Below, in pieces: positions 49,701-62,089 of a stretch of 64,000 nt of DNA. Origin of the DNA: Lingula anatina (taxonomy: Eukaryota > Animalia > Brachiopoda); NCBI GenBank assembly GCA_051362555.1, contig CM120648.1, forward strand, positions 11,404,587-11,468,586. Reading direction: 5' to 3'. The notes beneath the pieces are model-generated. The model saw nothing but the letters and a program-made list of their open reading frames with translations, made no database searches and was not told where the DNA came from. The translations under genes and the position numbers were made by a program. The number at the start of each line of letters is the position of its first letter. Position 1 is the first letter of the stretch.

Positions 49701-51297
49701 ATTTTGTATCTGAAGTGCTGCAAGAAGCCAAGGTCCTTCTCTCACAGTTGCGAGACAATAGCAAATCTTACTTTTATCTTTCACAAGAAGAGCATCTATG
49801 CGTCCCCTCGAGTCTTCTTCAAGTACTTGTCTCCAAACTGAAATAACACAAAATATTCTATTGACATTAAAATAATATCTCATTTTTTTTTTTTCAAAAA
49901 ACCATTTACATTGGACTAGAAAAATGTTTACCCCACTTTACCTCTGTACTTATAACATTCACTTCTCCCATAAATCACCATTTAAGATGAAGACTTTTAT
50001 TCTTCAACAATAGGTCTTGGTTTAAACAAAAGAGAAAGTAATATTTGATGTGCATCTGTTATATATTACTAGTAATTTATACAGTATATGAGGTGAGCAA
50101 TACGCACTATTTGAAATGGTAATCAGGAAAACAGTTAAAGGTTAGCAAATTTTCACCTATTTGTCCATTCCTAGCATTTAGAGACGCCACCACATTATGT
50201 TTTGTGCCAACTAGCAGCCTTTTGCCCTCAAAGTTCAAGTGGGAAACTTCCCCTACATACTCCTGCTTCCTGGAAAAGATAAAAAGTAACAAATTAATAA
50301 GATTTTGTGGTGTGACCAGAGTCTCAAAATGCATATTTTTGTTTTAAATTTGCTGTATTTACATTAAGGTGTTATAACTTTAAACAGTGCATGTACTGTG
50401 GCTTTTATATTAAGAGACTGTTAAGGACAAAAAGTGGCAGCAGTTAACCATTTTTGCAAAAATAAGATAGTGTCAGGCTGCTATTAATTTTCCATTTCTG
50501 TAGTTAGGAACTGACCACAGCTGACACACATCTAAAATTATGACAATTCACAAAAGGTTGAAAAGAAGGACAATGTTTTAAATTTAATTTCATTTCAAAA
50601 GCCAGCAAATACTTTCCACATAAAAGAACAAAGACTTAATTAGAAAAGGGGCAGAGGCAGGATTATTTGAAGGGGGTGGGGGTTCAGGGCCTACTGAAGG
50701 GCCCATAAAAACTTTGGTACTTTAGAGGGCGAATGGTGTCATTTGGTACGGTTTAGAACTATGATTCAGTTAGTTAAAATTCTAATTTGAAGAGGGGACC
50801 AGAAATTGAAGAGGGGGTCAGGACCCCCCTGACCCCCTCTAAATCTGCCAATGTTAGAATTTTAACTCGTATGTCATTTTTTTCTTTTTTTTTTTTTGAA
50901 GAAATGATTTAAGTGTACAGAAGTTTTCTTTGTCCCCCCCCCCCCCCTTCGCCATTAAGCGATATCAGGGTGATGCCAGGTAATGGCAGAGTGGAGTAAT
51001 GGTAAAAGAAAGAGGGAACGACGCAAGTTGTAACGGTGCATGAACGTGAAGGTATATACGAAGTAGGTACACAAATTCACAAACACTGTGTCGGTACACA
51101 GACTGCTAAGTGCCAGCTCAAATTCACAAATACTCCCGATGTTTGTTTTTTTTTATTAGATTTAACTCTTATGCTTCCGATACATACCAATCGAACTTTC
51201 CAATCTGATCTTCATATAATCCCTGACATAAACTAGCTAAAAATAACAAAATGAGTGATCTACAACACACCGAAATTTGCGGCATGGAGGCTGCCAT
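38070..51297 (-). CDS. EMC1: ER membrane protein complex subunit 1, 23 coding exons, 967 aa
   Basis: Exons 51297-51188, 50269-50157, 49837-49772, 49491-49357, 48902-48818, 48393-48235, 47880-47772, 47282-47142, 46944-46870, 46516-46418, 46133-46037, 45816-45700, 44242-44187, 43949-43800, 43543-43379, 42821-42651, 42289-42161, 41746-41545, 41189-41071, 40888-40678, 40297-40213, 39137-38989, 38230-38070. Total 2904 nt, all GT-AG. Hallmarks: [95 protein letters not shown] plus a C-terminal TM ending LNRAWT*. Confidence 0.97.
38245..38660 (+). repeat. Diverged ~215-bp tandem duplication in the last EMC1 intron
   Basis: TGTGTAAAAGTAAC...AGTTATGAAAAAA...TATCCTTAAA...CTCTGTCATTTAAAAA...AAATATAGCAA occurs twice. 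Confidence 0.85.
38764..38978. mobile_element. Harbinger-type MITE family B copy, 10 bp from the EMC1 exon 22 donor
   Basis: High identity to 20111-20325, with TAT/TAT flanks. Confidence 0.88.
39349..39550. repeat. ~200-bp interspersed repeat, inverted copy at 45062-45256
   Basis: AGTAATTACTCGATCTTTTCAAT...CTTAAAATACAGTATC.GTAAAATT versus its reverse complement in EMC1 intron 12. Confidence 0.7.
39862..40177. mobile_element. Shorter member of the 10317-11280 family, 5-bp TSD GGTAT/GGTGT
   Basis: Same TIRs (CAGGCCTACCCAACTA.CAGACTCGG...GACCACACTACCCGTTTTCAAGGTGTG). Lies in EMC1 intron 21. Confidence 0.88.
48933..49076. mobile_element. CAGGCCCGTAGCC-type MITE, 5-bp TSD ATCAG
   Basis: CAGGCCCGTAGCCAG...CTGGCTATGAGCCTG, with ATCAG at 48928-48932 and 49077-49081. 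Confidence 0.85.
50645..50853. mobile_element. Decayed CAGTGGCGGATT-type MITE, probable TSD TTAGA
   Basis: Reverse-orientation relative of 52039-52135 (GGATTATTTGAAGGG; CCCCCTGACCCCCTCTAAATCTGCCAATG). Confidence 0.7.
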
Positions 51298-52038
51298 ACT
51301 TGTTCACGTTTTTTCTCGCTTTTCCACGGAAGAGTGCAAAATAAAGGCCCGTGACACACGTGCGCCGTATTTGAGGAGATTATTCTTTGTAAATAAGTGA
51401 CAGTTAAACAATTCATGACCACATTTTACGCAGTGAGTCGCCCTTTTTTACAGATTTTTTCCGTATTTGACGAAAAAAAAAAACAAAAAAAAACAAAAAA
51501 AAAAAAAAAAAAAAAAACGCAATGTATTCTGGGTAGACAGAATGGAAAGCTCTGTGCAGATTATACAAAAGGTCTGTTTAGTGAAAAGCAGAAGAAAAAA
51601 TATTATCGCGTGAAGAAAAAAATTTAAAATAAAGACATTCTTTGTTACATAATCTTATCAATTAATTAATCAATTAATTAATAAATTAAATCATCATCTT
51701 TTCATTTATAAATTTATTTACTCTGTTTTATTTGGTTATTTTAATAGCCTAGGCCTATATTTCATTTTTACGTTAGTGTTTATAATTATTTATTTTACGT
51801 TAATATCAGATCTCGAGGAAGACGGCATCTTGTTAAAGGGACATCAACAATGATGCTGAATACGTCAATGTTTCCTTTATAGGGTTACTTCAATCGTTTA
51901 AAAACTGAATTCCTATAGGCCTAATTATTCTTCTCTGTGGCGGTTAAAATAAAAAAAAAAGAAGAAGATAAAAAAAATAAATAAAAACATTCCACGCAAT
52001 ATTCTAACTCAATTATTTTACGGACATGGTGACTACAT

Positions 52039-52135
52039 CAGTGGCGGATTTAGAGGGGGAGGGGGTCAGGGGGGTCAGCTTCGCATCCGCGGACCCCCCC
52101 CCCCTCCCCTTCAAATAATCCTGGATCCGCCCTTG
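52039..52135. mobile_element. CAGTGGCGGATT-type MITE
   Basis: CAGTGGCGGATTTAG...CTGGATCCGCCCTTG; the TSD is not clean. Confidence 0.75.
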
Positions 52136-53350
52136 TAGGCCTACATAATCAGTAGACTAAAGATGACGCACTGACATATAGCGTTGCAATATTTTTGTTG
52201 ACTATCAACCGATTTTGTAAGAATAGGCCTAAGAAAAATAAATGAAGATAGGGCCTAAATGATGTGATTGGAAATAATATGCTGGGCCTAAAGTTGGGAA
52301 ATATAAATTTAAGCCACTCCCTGCAAAAAGTCCCTGAGCAAACCCCAAGGTCCGGCCATATCAGCCAAATAATCAAATGTTTCTCGTCTGCCTGCCTAGG
52401 CGTTGCCTCGATATAATAAGTGAAAAATCAAAACATCGAAAGTAATTATGAGAAAAGTTAGTGCAGTGTATGTAACAGCTATGGAATCAGATATTTTAAA
52501 AAGGTTTGCTAACCTCTGTGGATGGAAAATTGTCTTGGCCCACGGTGCATATTTGCATTTTTCATGAATAAAGCGTTTCCGATCCTGACATCCGATGTGT
52601 TTTTGGAAAGACGCTAAATGAAGGAAAAGTGAGATTTTCCGATGGACTGGGAGGGAGAAAAAGATTAACTAATACTAAAACAATAAGATAAAAATAAATG
52701 CCCAACCCCTGCAGCCTACAAAAGTGAGATAAACCTGAGTGTAAAGCTGTCACGGTTACGAGGCCTTCCTTTGTCTACAAACGCAACTTAATACCGTTAC
52801 GAAATACGTCCTCTGTATTAGTTAACGTGTACGTTTCAAGCGAGGGTATTGTGCGGGGCATGGCGTGCATGTGCACTTGAATGGCCACATATTTTGTTTT
52901 AGCGTCACGTTTATATCATTGACTTCATCAGCTGTGTTTTTATACATGAACCACGACCTATCCTATTTATTTTAGGGGCGACCGAATGTGCGTGCTTATT
53001 GATTTCTACAGGTTACATCAAGTAATTTAATATATTAATTATTATTGATTTATTTTATTTTGCGCACAAGATGTGCACATGATCTACCGGAAAATTAGAC
53101 ACGTGAAAGAGGATTAAAAGGAGTTTAGTTCAGACAATGGAAACAATAAAAGTCGATCTGAGGTTCGGAATCGTTTTTATGAAAATATACAGAATGAAAA
53201 TGGAAATGGGAAATGACCAACTAGTTCGTCTGAGAGAGCTTGTACTTGTAGGGGATGGACAAATAACTTTCAGTGTCAAAGTATCCTTCAAGATCAGCAT
53301 GAAGTTGTTCATAATGCCTCGTAACACTGTTACACTGAAATAACCAAACT

Positions 53351-53738
53351 TATAAAAGAGACACCGTGCATGACACGCGCATGTGTGTGTGCACGTGTGT
53401 GTACGGAGCGCGTGCCGGGGTGGGGCACATTATTTTCCTGTGACAGAAAAGCTAAGGGCGTCGTGCCCCGCCCTCCTCCAAGCCGCCATTGTGATATTAA
53501 CAGTTGTCCTGACGGTCGTTCAGTTGGCTCGATTACAAAACGCGTTATTCACGGTAGCCAATGCCCCACAGGGTCGAGTGCTCATTCAGCGCGTTGACTT
53601 CTTAAAGTCAAATATCAGATAAAGATACTTCACTTTGTTTCAATAAAAGTCTCGTACATCAAGCAAGTCTCAGAATGCGATATCTGAAGCCCAACAGCTG
53701 TGTAAGTAATTAAGTATTAATGGCTTACATTAATGCAG
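53351..53738 (+). promoter_or_regulatory. Putative TATA box and non-coding first exon of the PAN-FReD gene
   Basis: TATAAAAG at 53351, a CpG-rich stretch, donors gtaagt at 53702 and CAG/gtaagt at 53739, and an acceptor ttttatag at 54838, 2 nt before the ATG. Confidence 0.5.
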
Positions 53739-54840
53739 GTAAGTCAGGTTGGGCAAACATGCAACGGACACATTGAAAGGTGCAACAATAACATCTCTCC
53801 TTGTAAACAGTAATTTCATTAAGGCGCTATTGGCTTAATTGTGATGTTTTCATGGATCATACACTTCTTTGTCTGTAAGAAGTAACTGTGCACTAATATT
53901 ATTGTTAAAATTAGTTATGATGATCATTATTATCAAGATAATTGAACCGTTAGCGTCAATAGCATATATACAGGAATTAATTTATAAAAAATATGATGGA
54001 TTTGTATGGAGTTGTAGATATCAGATTAAGCTTGCTCGGCCTATTTTAATATATATCTATATGTATTTTAGTTAATTTTTAAAAAATAAGGAACTGCTTA
54101 CTGAGCTGTTTGTTTTCTAAGTTAAACAAAGAAAATTTATAGACATATTTTTTAAATTGTTTAATAGAATAGGGGTTGTCTTGGAGAATTATTTATGTTT
54201 TCCCTCTCAAATGAAAAATTTACTTGCCAGCCACTGATGAAATTTCAAAAAAATTCCCAAGACTTCCCCATGTAAATTTTGTTTCTACACAGATACGAAA
54301 ATTAAACCGCGATGCCTAAAATAATTCATAACGCTGGCCGTATAAGAATTGGCATTTAATATTCGCCCATGTGTTAGTTTCTCAGAAGCCGTGAGAGCAT
54401 CTAACACAGGGCGGTCTCGCCACAGCTGAGCTTACAAATGTTAAAACATTCTCACAGACGTCAAGGCTGAAATCGAGGACGAACATCACACCGTCAAAGG
54501 AACAGATATAGAATTTCAGCTTGGAGCAAATTGTCGCAGTCTGCATTTATGTCGCAAATGCCTCGACTTTAGATATCTCTATGAAATTTTATGTAAACTT
54601 GTTCTGATGAAAAAAATCAATGTGAAGATATAAGGCAACTTCACACCAACTTCCTTTCTAAATCCGGGAGCTAACGAAATTGTTTAATTCCACTCAAGCG
54701 CAGCACTGGGATTTATCCGAGTCTTTTTTTTTTAGCGGAAAAAGCATCAAGGCTGAGTTTACTTGATATCGCTAAATCTGAAAACAGGGAGATTAGAGGT
54801 GTCGAATATACATAAGTTGATGTGTGTTTATTTTATAGAA

Positions 54841-57800
54841 ATGACCAGTATAAGAGGACACACCATAGGATCCTTCACAGGACTTGTCTTACTTCTGTTC
54901 TCAGTTTTAGTGACAGGCCAGTCCATTGAGACCGGGGAGTCACCCCTGAAGTTTGCGCGGTTCGTGAAGCGTCACGGCAGCTCGAGGGCGCTGATCGGTC
55001 ACGTTAGGGAAACGCTGACGACGATCTCCCAGGGTGAATGTGCACATCTTTGCCTTTCAGACGATCTGTGTGTCTCCATCAACACGCACGCCATTAACGG
55101 GACGTTTCAATGCGAGTTAAATAAAGCGGCAGCGTCCGAGGACGGCTCAGACGTGAGCGTTCTTCCCGGGTATAATTACTACGAGAAGGTAAGAAGTTGG
55201 GCAAACTATTAATCATCCCACTGACCGTTGCGTATCTTGTGTATTATCTTCTAAAATATTTACAAATGTTATCGTTTTAGCCGGTACACTTGCGTCAGAA
55301 ACTAGTTCGTTCAATTTTAAATAAAGCTGTTTTTAATCAAAGGGAGACATGCACTTTTTTCGGGCTTTATTGTTTGAAGGTTATGTGGGCGAGTTAAACG
55401 TTATGTTGGTTCAAATTTTGGATTTTTTTATCTTAATTTTAATTCGCTTCTTTTACTGAACTGATTAATCATAAATTTTAAATTTGATAATTGTAAAATA
55501 AATTTAGAATCGAGACGTTATCGTTTGTAAAAAGCCTACCATAAAGAACAATCAGCGGATATCGGACGAAGATTATACTTTGACGTAATTCTAAATTTTC
55601 ATTTTCACCCTAAGTGAAAAAAAACCCGCTTGAAATACGTATTTGGTACTGACAAGGAGTTCCAACTGTTGTAACTCCTTGGTACTGATTAAATCAAAAG
55701 TAAAAAACTTTCGAAAATGCAAGATTTTTGCAAGCATTCACTGGGGCACATTATTAAAAAAAAAGCGAAACCACTAAATTATGCTGCTTTGAATTTCACT
55801 TCTCTACTTATAAGATTTATTTTATTTTTATATTGGAAATGAAAGGAACCGTTCCTCACGTGTTAAGTAGAGTGAAATAACAAAATGAATGACATCTTTT
55901 TGAAAAATGATGTAACACATAAATGATTTGATCACATTTGGGAGTGAAAAGAAACACTGCTCTTGATTACCATACGGTCTGGCAACGCCGCAAGCACCCT
56001 GCGTTATCCCCAGGCGTCGTTTTATACCAGACCAAACAAATGCTTGACAAAACAACATCCAATAATCTCCTTATTTACATATTATCCTACATCAACCTTA
56101 CCGACAGCGACGAGTCATTGATTTTTAGACGTTAAAAGCACTTAATACGTGTATTATATTTTAGGCAAACGGATTAGATAATGAATAATTATTGGATAAT
56201 GAAAAAAATTGAACTGCGAAATAGTGGTTCACATTTGAGACCTTTTCGATCTATCTTAACACTAACATGACATAGGATCGAAGAGTGTGACTTTACAAAG
56301 TAGAATTCTAATATATCACAACGCCACGGATACTCTGTATTTCCATATTTGTAAAAGTCTCAATGGGCTCCGTAACTCGAAAACATCGCGTGTTGCAAAA
56401 AGCGATATCACATAGAGGCTACGATGTACATGTATAATGGGGCGAGTATGGGCGAGTTATGGAATCGAGACGCTTGCGCTCATGCAGTTGCAGTGCGTGA
56501 TGATTTCCAGTAATGGGGCCTTGAAATCAAAGGTGATAAATCAATCTGACAGATACTTTAAAGAAAACATGTCTTTTTTATTTCAGATACTTAACAGCGA
56601 CTGTGACAAGATATCAAGATGGGGTACTGTAGTTTAATATCACTCTTACATTCGATTTATCATAGAACTTAATCAGTTAATTAAAGAAAAAAATAATGAA
56701 ACAAATTTTCATTACGTACGAAAAATAATATAATTAATTAATTGAATGTACATTATTTTAGAGGTTGCTTTTAAAATGCTCACCCTGACATGTTGATATG
56801 CGTGTTTGCGTTACAGTGAATTATAAAATTAATGTCGTGTGCACGTATCTAGTACGTGGTGCGTGGTCATACATGTAGCTAGCTACGATGTTTATTCAAA
56901 TGTCTGCCGGAGACTCTATTCATAAGCGTCAGATTTTCAACAATTATACCAGCACAGTTTTTTTCTGACCGTACCAACGACGAATCCATTCGGGCCAAGT
57001 ACCCCCCCCCCCCCCCCCCCCCCCCGCCCTTACCGCCAGAGGCATGAGTGCACGTATTATTTATAACCTCCTCCTTCCCTAAAAAGACAACACGCAGCTT
57101 GTGTCCAAAGTGAAACGAGATACAGGTTGCCAATATTTTCGTCCATGTGCTCTATATTACAGCAAATTTAATATCTTCCTCGTCTACAAAGCATTTTCCT
57201 CGCCCGCCCGCCAGTGTGTAGCTCTTGATTACACGCAGCCTCAAACCTTCACTCTCATTGATTAAAAACTGTTGCTCCCCCCTCCCCAACTCAACTTATA
57301 GCCACATCTAACACAATACACACCCAACACATCGCATGCCCGATGTGCACAATCCTCACACCATCTCACGCACTTGCTTCCTATTATTCCGTCAGTACAA
57401 GCTAATCTGCAAAGATGTAGCCTAAATGGGCTTTCAGATGATCCGAGTACTAACTGATCCGACAACTAAACATGGCCGTCCCCACTTCAAATTGAATGCT
57501 GCTAATTCCATGATGGTCTCCCCGCCTCCACACGCGCCTTCGCTGCAGGTGCATAGCAATTAAACCTTGGAGCCGAGATTAAATTCGTATAATGGCGCGT
57601 GTGGAGGTGGGGAAATTATGTAAAGAAAAGGCTAGGAGTCTCTCCTAAATAATACACAGAATACTCATGACTGCATGGAGTTGGTAACTCCGCTGCCAAA
57701 TAAAATTGTCCATTTTTCGATAATTGTTCCCTCTTTCTCCTTCCAGTGACCCTGTCTATGCAGCCCGTGGGGTTCCCGAGGGTATTCAAAGCCAGATGCC

Positions 57801-58381
57801 GCGGGAAGTGGTTGGTCATTCAAAGCCGCAAGATCGGAGATCTCTTCTTCAACAGAACATGGGCGGAGTATAACAAAGGATTCGGAAACCCAGTCATCGG
57901 GGACTACTGGATCGGAAATGACATCATTTCTTACGTCACCAATAGCGGAAACTACAGACTTAAGGTTGAGCTGACAACTTGGGATGGCGCACAACATGTG
58001 TTTAAGTACACTTCGTTTCGCGTCGGTTCCCCTTCGGATGGATATCGCCTCTTCTTGCGAGATTTTAAAGGGTTCTGGGCTGCAACTAACTTCACCTCAA
58101 ACGACTCGAGCTGCCCGTCTGCGGACACGTGCTCCAGCGGGCAGACGTTCTCCACCTGCGACTATGGTGGCGAGTCAAACTGCGCATGCGCCAATGGTGG
58201 AGGATGGTGGTACGGGCCCAACTGCACAGAGCTGGGTCTGAACTCCTGGTATCCGGGCACTGGGCACTGTGATATGAATTCAGGGCAGTATGAGCGCTGT
58301 ATGAAGTACGCTGGGATGGGAGGGGAGAACTGTGGACTAAACTGTGTGTTAGAGAAAGTAGAAATGATGATTGCTAAATAA
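54841..58381 (+). CDS. Secreted PAN/apple-domain + fibrinogen C-terminal (FReD) protein, 3 coding exons, 339 aa
   Basis: Exons 54841-55188, 56587-56623 (37 nt) and 57747-58381 are phase-consistent; total 1020 nt. Signal peptide (GLVLLLFSVLVTG), PAN pattern (ECAHLCLSDDLCVSIN...CELN...GYNYYE) and FReD motifs (WLVIQSR, FNRTWAEYNKGFG, DYWIGND, YRLKVEL, FSTCD, GGGWWY). AATAAA follows right after the stop. Confidence 0.9.
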
Positions 58382-58529
58382 GTAAAGAATAAATAAAAAT
58401 AATAAACGGAATTGAACATTTGAAAATGAAGTTCGGCCTTACTGCTTTAGGCCTATAAGAGTTCAGAGTTTTAATTCTTCACAAAGTAAAAATAAATCAC
58501 TAAATATCTGCGGACTTCCCAAAAGGCAT

Positions 58530-59292
58530 AGTTGCGTTGGATCAACGTTGAAAACAGGTTGATACGTAGAATTGCCGTTGATCTACCTAAATTCAACGTA
58601 CAATCAACGTTGATCCAGCCACGTCGAAACACCGTCATAATGTGACGTTGACTCAACGTTGTATTTTGGTCAATGACACAACCTTGCAGTTATGGATTGT
58701 AACTTAAAATATTAATTATTGAAAACGTGATACTTTGTTTATCAATATTGTAACTAAATTTATCAAAGTAATAACAAAATGGTTTTAAAATAAAAGTGAC
58801 AGTTGTTTTGTGTCTTTAGTAAACTAGTGAATTTTTTAACTTGTTATTCAGAAATACATTCCAATAAACTGAATTGCTTGCAAGGTCAGCTAACACTAGG
58901 ATGAATAAGTTGCTGTAAATGTGACGAAATTAACAGTTCTAAGTAACCTGTTATAGATAGGTTGTGGTGACTGTGGCTTTATATATGGTTGTAGTTATCT
59001 TCTTATATATAAGAAAAGAACTATAAATATTAATTTAAACCTTGGAAATTTTAACTTAGAGGCCATACATTTATATCATACATATATTTAGCCATCAAAC
59101 ATCCAACTGCTCAACACATCCAGGCTAATTTCCCGCTGGGTGGGGTTGATATAACATTGTTTTCTGACGTTGATACAACGTTGTTATCTGAGGTTGACAC
59201 AACTTTCAAATCCAACGTTTATTCAATGTCTTCTCAACGTTATGGTTCAACGTTGTTTCAACGTTAAAACAATATAATTTGCTCGCTGGGTT
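58530..59292. repeat. Two fragments of a CAACGTTG-rich repeat (58530-58662, 59135-59292)
   Basis: Multiple palindromic CAACGTTG/AACGTT units and GCTGGGT termini. Confidence 0.6.
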
Positions 59293-60054
59293 AATATCCC
59301 CACTTAAAACCAATTTTGCCTAATCCCCTAAGTGTCTCCCCGCCTATACAATGTGCCATCTCTGCAGGGGCCTAGCTATTGAATCTCGAAGTCAAATTTC
59401 CTATTTTGACAAATTTAAATGTCCATTAGCATTGATCTCTCTGTTTTAGTACTTTCGCTATGCGCCCATTTAAAAAAATAAGAAAATAAGTGAATAGCAG
59501 AAATTTCCAGTAAAAACATGTTATCTTTCGTTTCTTTGCTACTTCGCTTTAGAATAAAACTTATGAAAATAACTATTTGTCTAATTTTCTGTTCTGAATG
59601 GTCTCTTAGTTGATTCCCAAACCAATCTGAAGAGCACAGTGCATGCGTAACAGCAAGACAAGTCCCATTACTAGTTTGCTGAAGTGAGTTGTTAACCTAC
59701 ACCTTGTCAGCTGCTACAGAAAACATTGTGCCTTAGTTACAAGTTGTGTTTTGTTTGTGTTTTGTTTGGTTACTAGTTCCGCTGAAATTCTATTGTAGGC
59801 CCTACTGCCGCGGTCTTAAGATTAAGAAAAAACACTGTATACAGTATACGCAGCAGCAGCTGCATTAAAAAAGAGTAAATACAGAGAATATCCTTTTGTC
59901 GGACTGGGGCTGTTTTCATAATGCGCCCAGCTAAGCGTAAATCACACCTTTATAAGTTTTGCAAAGTAAGCAAACGCTAGCCTATTCATCTAACTGCTTT
60001 GTCACGAGGCTTTTGAATCACAGATACTGGTATATTTTTAGCATATTATTGACG

Positions 60055-60385
60055 TGGCGGTTTTTCCAACACTGTGAAGAGAAATTGCGCAGTTAGGCTG
60101 GCAACTAATTCGAGTCACTGTGAAACAGCGGAGAAGAAATTAGATTACAAATTATCTGAAATTTCATCACCACAGAGGAATTTCTGAACCTATCTGGTAA
60201 GTTTATGAAGGACATTTATAAATTTTAATGTAAATTTAAATTTGCTTCACTAGCAACTGAATTAGACCGGAGCCTTTCAAAACTGCCTGACGTTTATCAT
60301 CGAATAGGGTTGATATTTACTCGGGCCTCAGATTGATATTTCACTAGATATTTACAGATATGTCTCTGGCTACTCTCTGTCAGAC
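60055..60385 (+). repeat. ~330-bp diverged duplication (copy at ~62640-62990) containing a splice donor
   Basis: GAGAAATTGCGCAGT.AGG...TTCGAGTCACTGTGA...GGAGAAGAAATTAGATT.CAAATTATCTGAAATTT...GGTAAGTT...AAGGACATTTA...ACTGCCTGACG...GTCTCTGGCTACT occurs in both. Confidence 0.9.
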
Positions 60386-60790
60386 AGCACCAAAGTCGAA
60401 TCCATTGGGGCACTGTAGCCGCTCCCCCACATCCCTATAATCTGCCGCACCAAAGGCGAATCCATTAGAACACAGTACCCCCCCCCCCCCACACACACAC
60501 GCACACATACATCACTTTGGTCTAAACGTGCCAAAGGCGATTCCATTCGGGTACAGTATCTCCCCATCCCTCCCCGCGCTCAAATCTCTTTGGTTTGACC
60601 TTACGAAGGGCAAATCTACTGGTACACGGAAGCCCCCCCCCCCCCCCCCCCCTCAAAGCGTTGAAGGTACATGTGTGTAATATATGTAACCCACTTTTTC
60701 ACTACCCCCTTTTGCAGTTAAACCCTATCCCTCCAGTGGGTATCTCTTGATTACACGTAGCCTCTCAAATTCACTCTCATTGATTAAAAC
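60377..60790 (+). repeat. Four diverged ~65-70-bp units (CCAAAGGCGAATCCATT...poly-C); related element at 56963-57270
   Basis: Units at ~60390, 60450, 60531 and 60604. Shared tail CTCTTGATTACACG.AGCCTC...TTCACTCTCATTGATTAAAA at 57222 and 60744. Confidence 0.75.
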
Positions 60791-61212
60791 CCAACAATGT
60801 AACATGTAATACCTGTTGTAGCAATACGCAAGCTAAGCAGTGGAACTTGCCACAGGCCTGAAAAGGCACAAGATGCCAAAATGCTACCTAAGGCTTTATC
60901 TGCTCGTAATTTATTCTCTTAAGATATAAAGCCAAGAGCTGAAAAATATCAGGAACTACAGTATGTGGACCTGTAACGCAGCAAATCTGTGCGGAAACCA
61001 AGTACAATAATTACTGCTTAAATCATGTATGTATATAATGATAAATATTTACACGACATCTTGACCGGGGCGTGCAACATCCTAATGGGCGCCACCGTAG
61101 CCCTCACAGTGCAACAACGGGGAACATGAAAATTAGAGCGTGGGTATAATTACAATCACCTAGGAATAACATTTTCAAGAAATGGACGCATCAGCTAGAA
61201 TAGCTTCATTAC

Positions 61213-61226
61213 CAGGGCCGAAGCCT

Positions 61227-61264
<38 letters not shown>

Positions 61265-61395
61265 GGGGGGGGGGGGCAGCTGCCCCCCCCACCTGGAAAT
61301 TGGAATTTTACACACCACACCCTCCCCCCTCGGTAGCTTCGCCCCCTCGTGTCCGCTTACTGCCCCCCTGGCATTTTGCTCAGGCTACGGCCCTG
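61213..61395. mobile_element. CAGGGCCG-type poly-G MITE, 5-bp TSD ATTAC
   Basis: CAGGGCCGAAGCCT...AGGCTACGGCCCTG, with ATTAC at 61208-61212 and 61396-61400. Confidence 0.85.
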
Positions 61396-62089
61396 ATTAC
61401 TATTAATTTATATTGAAAGGGTTAGGAACTATTTAAGTCGATTATGCGGCCCATGTTATATCTTCTCGGAATTGGTTTCGTGATTCTGACAATAATGTTT
61501 GTCATTTCTTTGCACAAAGAAAAAAAATGAATATAAGGTTAAGCCTCGATTTGGGTAATGTGAACCATATTTGCCCCAAATCAATATCAACATTCTGAAA
61601 TCAATGCGCATTTACTGCAGCGAAGGGATCCGCTTGAGTTGGATATGGATGTTAGTGATTAAATCAGGATTTCCGCAGGGGGGGGGGGGCAGCTGCCCCC
61701 CCCCCCCTGGAATTTGGAATTTTACACACCACACCCTCCCCCCTCGGTAGCTTCGCCCCCTCGTGTCCGCTTACTGCCCCCCTGGCATTTTGCTCAGGCT
61801 ACGGCCCTGATTACTATTAATTTATATTGAAAGGGTTAGGAACTATTTAAGTCGATTATGCGGCCCATGTTATATCTTCTCGGAATTGGTTTCGTGATTC
61901 TGACAATAATGTTTGTCATTTCTTTGCACAAAGAAAAAAAATGAATATAAGGTTAAGCCTCGATTTGGGTAATGTGAACCATATTTGCCCCAAATCAATA
62001 TCAACATTCTGAAATCAATGCGCATTTACTGCAGCGAAGGGATCCGCTTGAGTTGGATATGGATGTTAGTGATTAAATCAGGATTTCCG
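61262..62089 (+). repeat. Near-perfect 414-bp tandem duplication
   Basis: 61262-61675 and 61676-62089 appear identical apart from G/C-run lengths and a couple of adjacent bases. Confidence 0.95.

Noticed and set aside
51298-53350. Bidirectional promoter with MRTO4, as at vertebrate EMC1
   Set aside because: No MRTO4-like coding sequence was seen. The divergent neighbour is the PAN-FReD gene, about 2 kb away with its own TATA candidate.
60377-60650. Regularly spaced repeats resembling a CRISPR array
   Set aside because: Eukaryotic context, degenerate units, poly-C 'spacers' and no cas genes; this is a diverged minisatellite.
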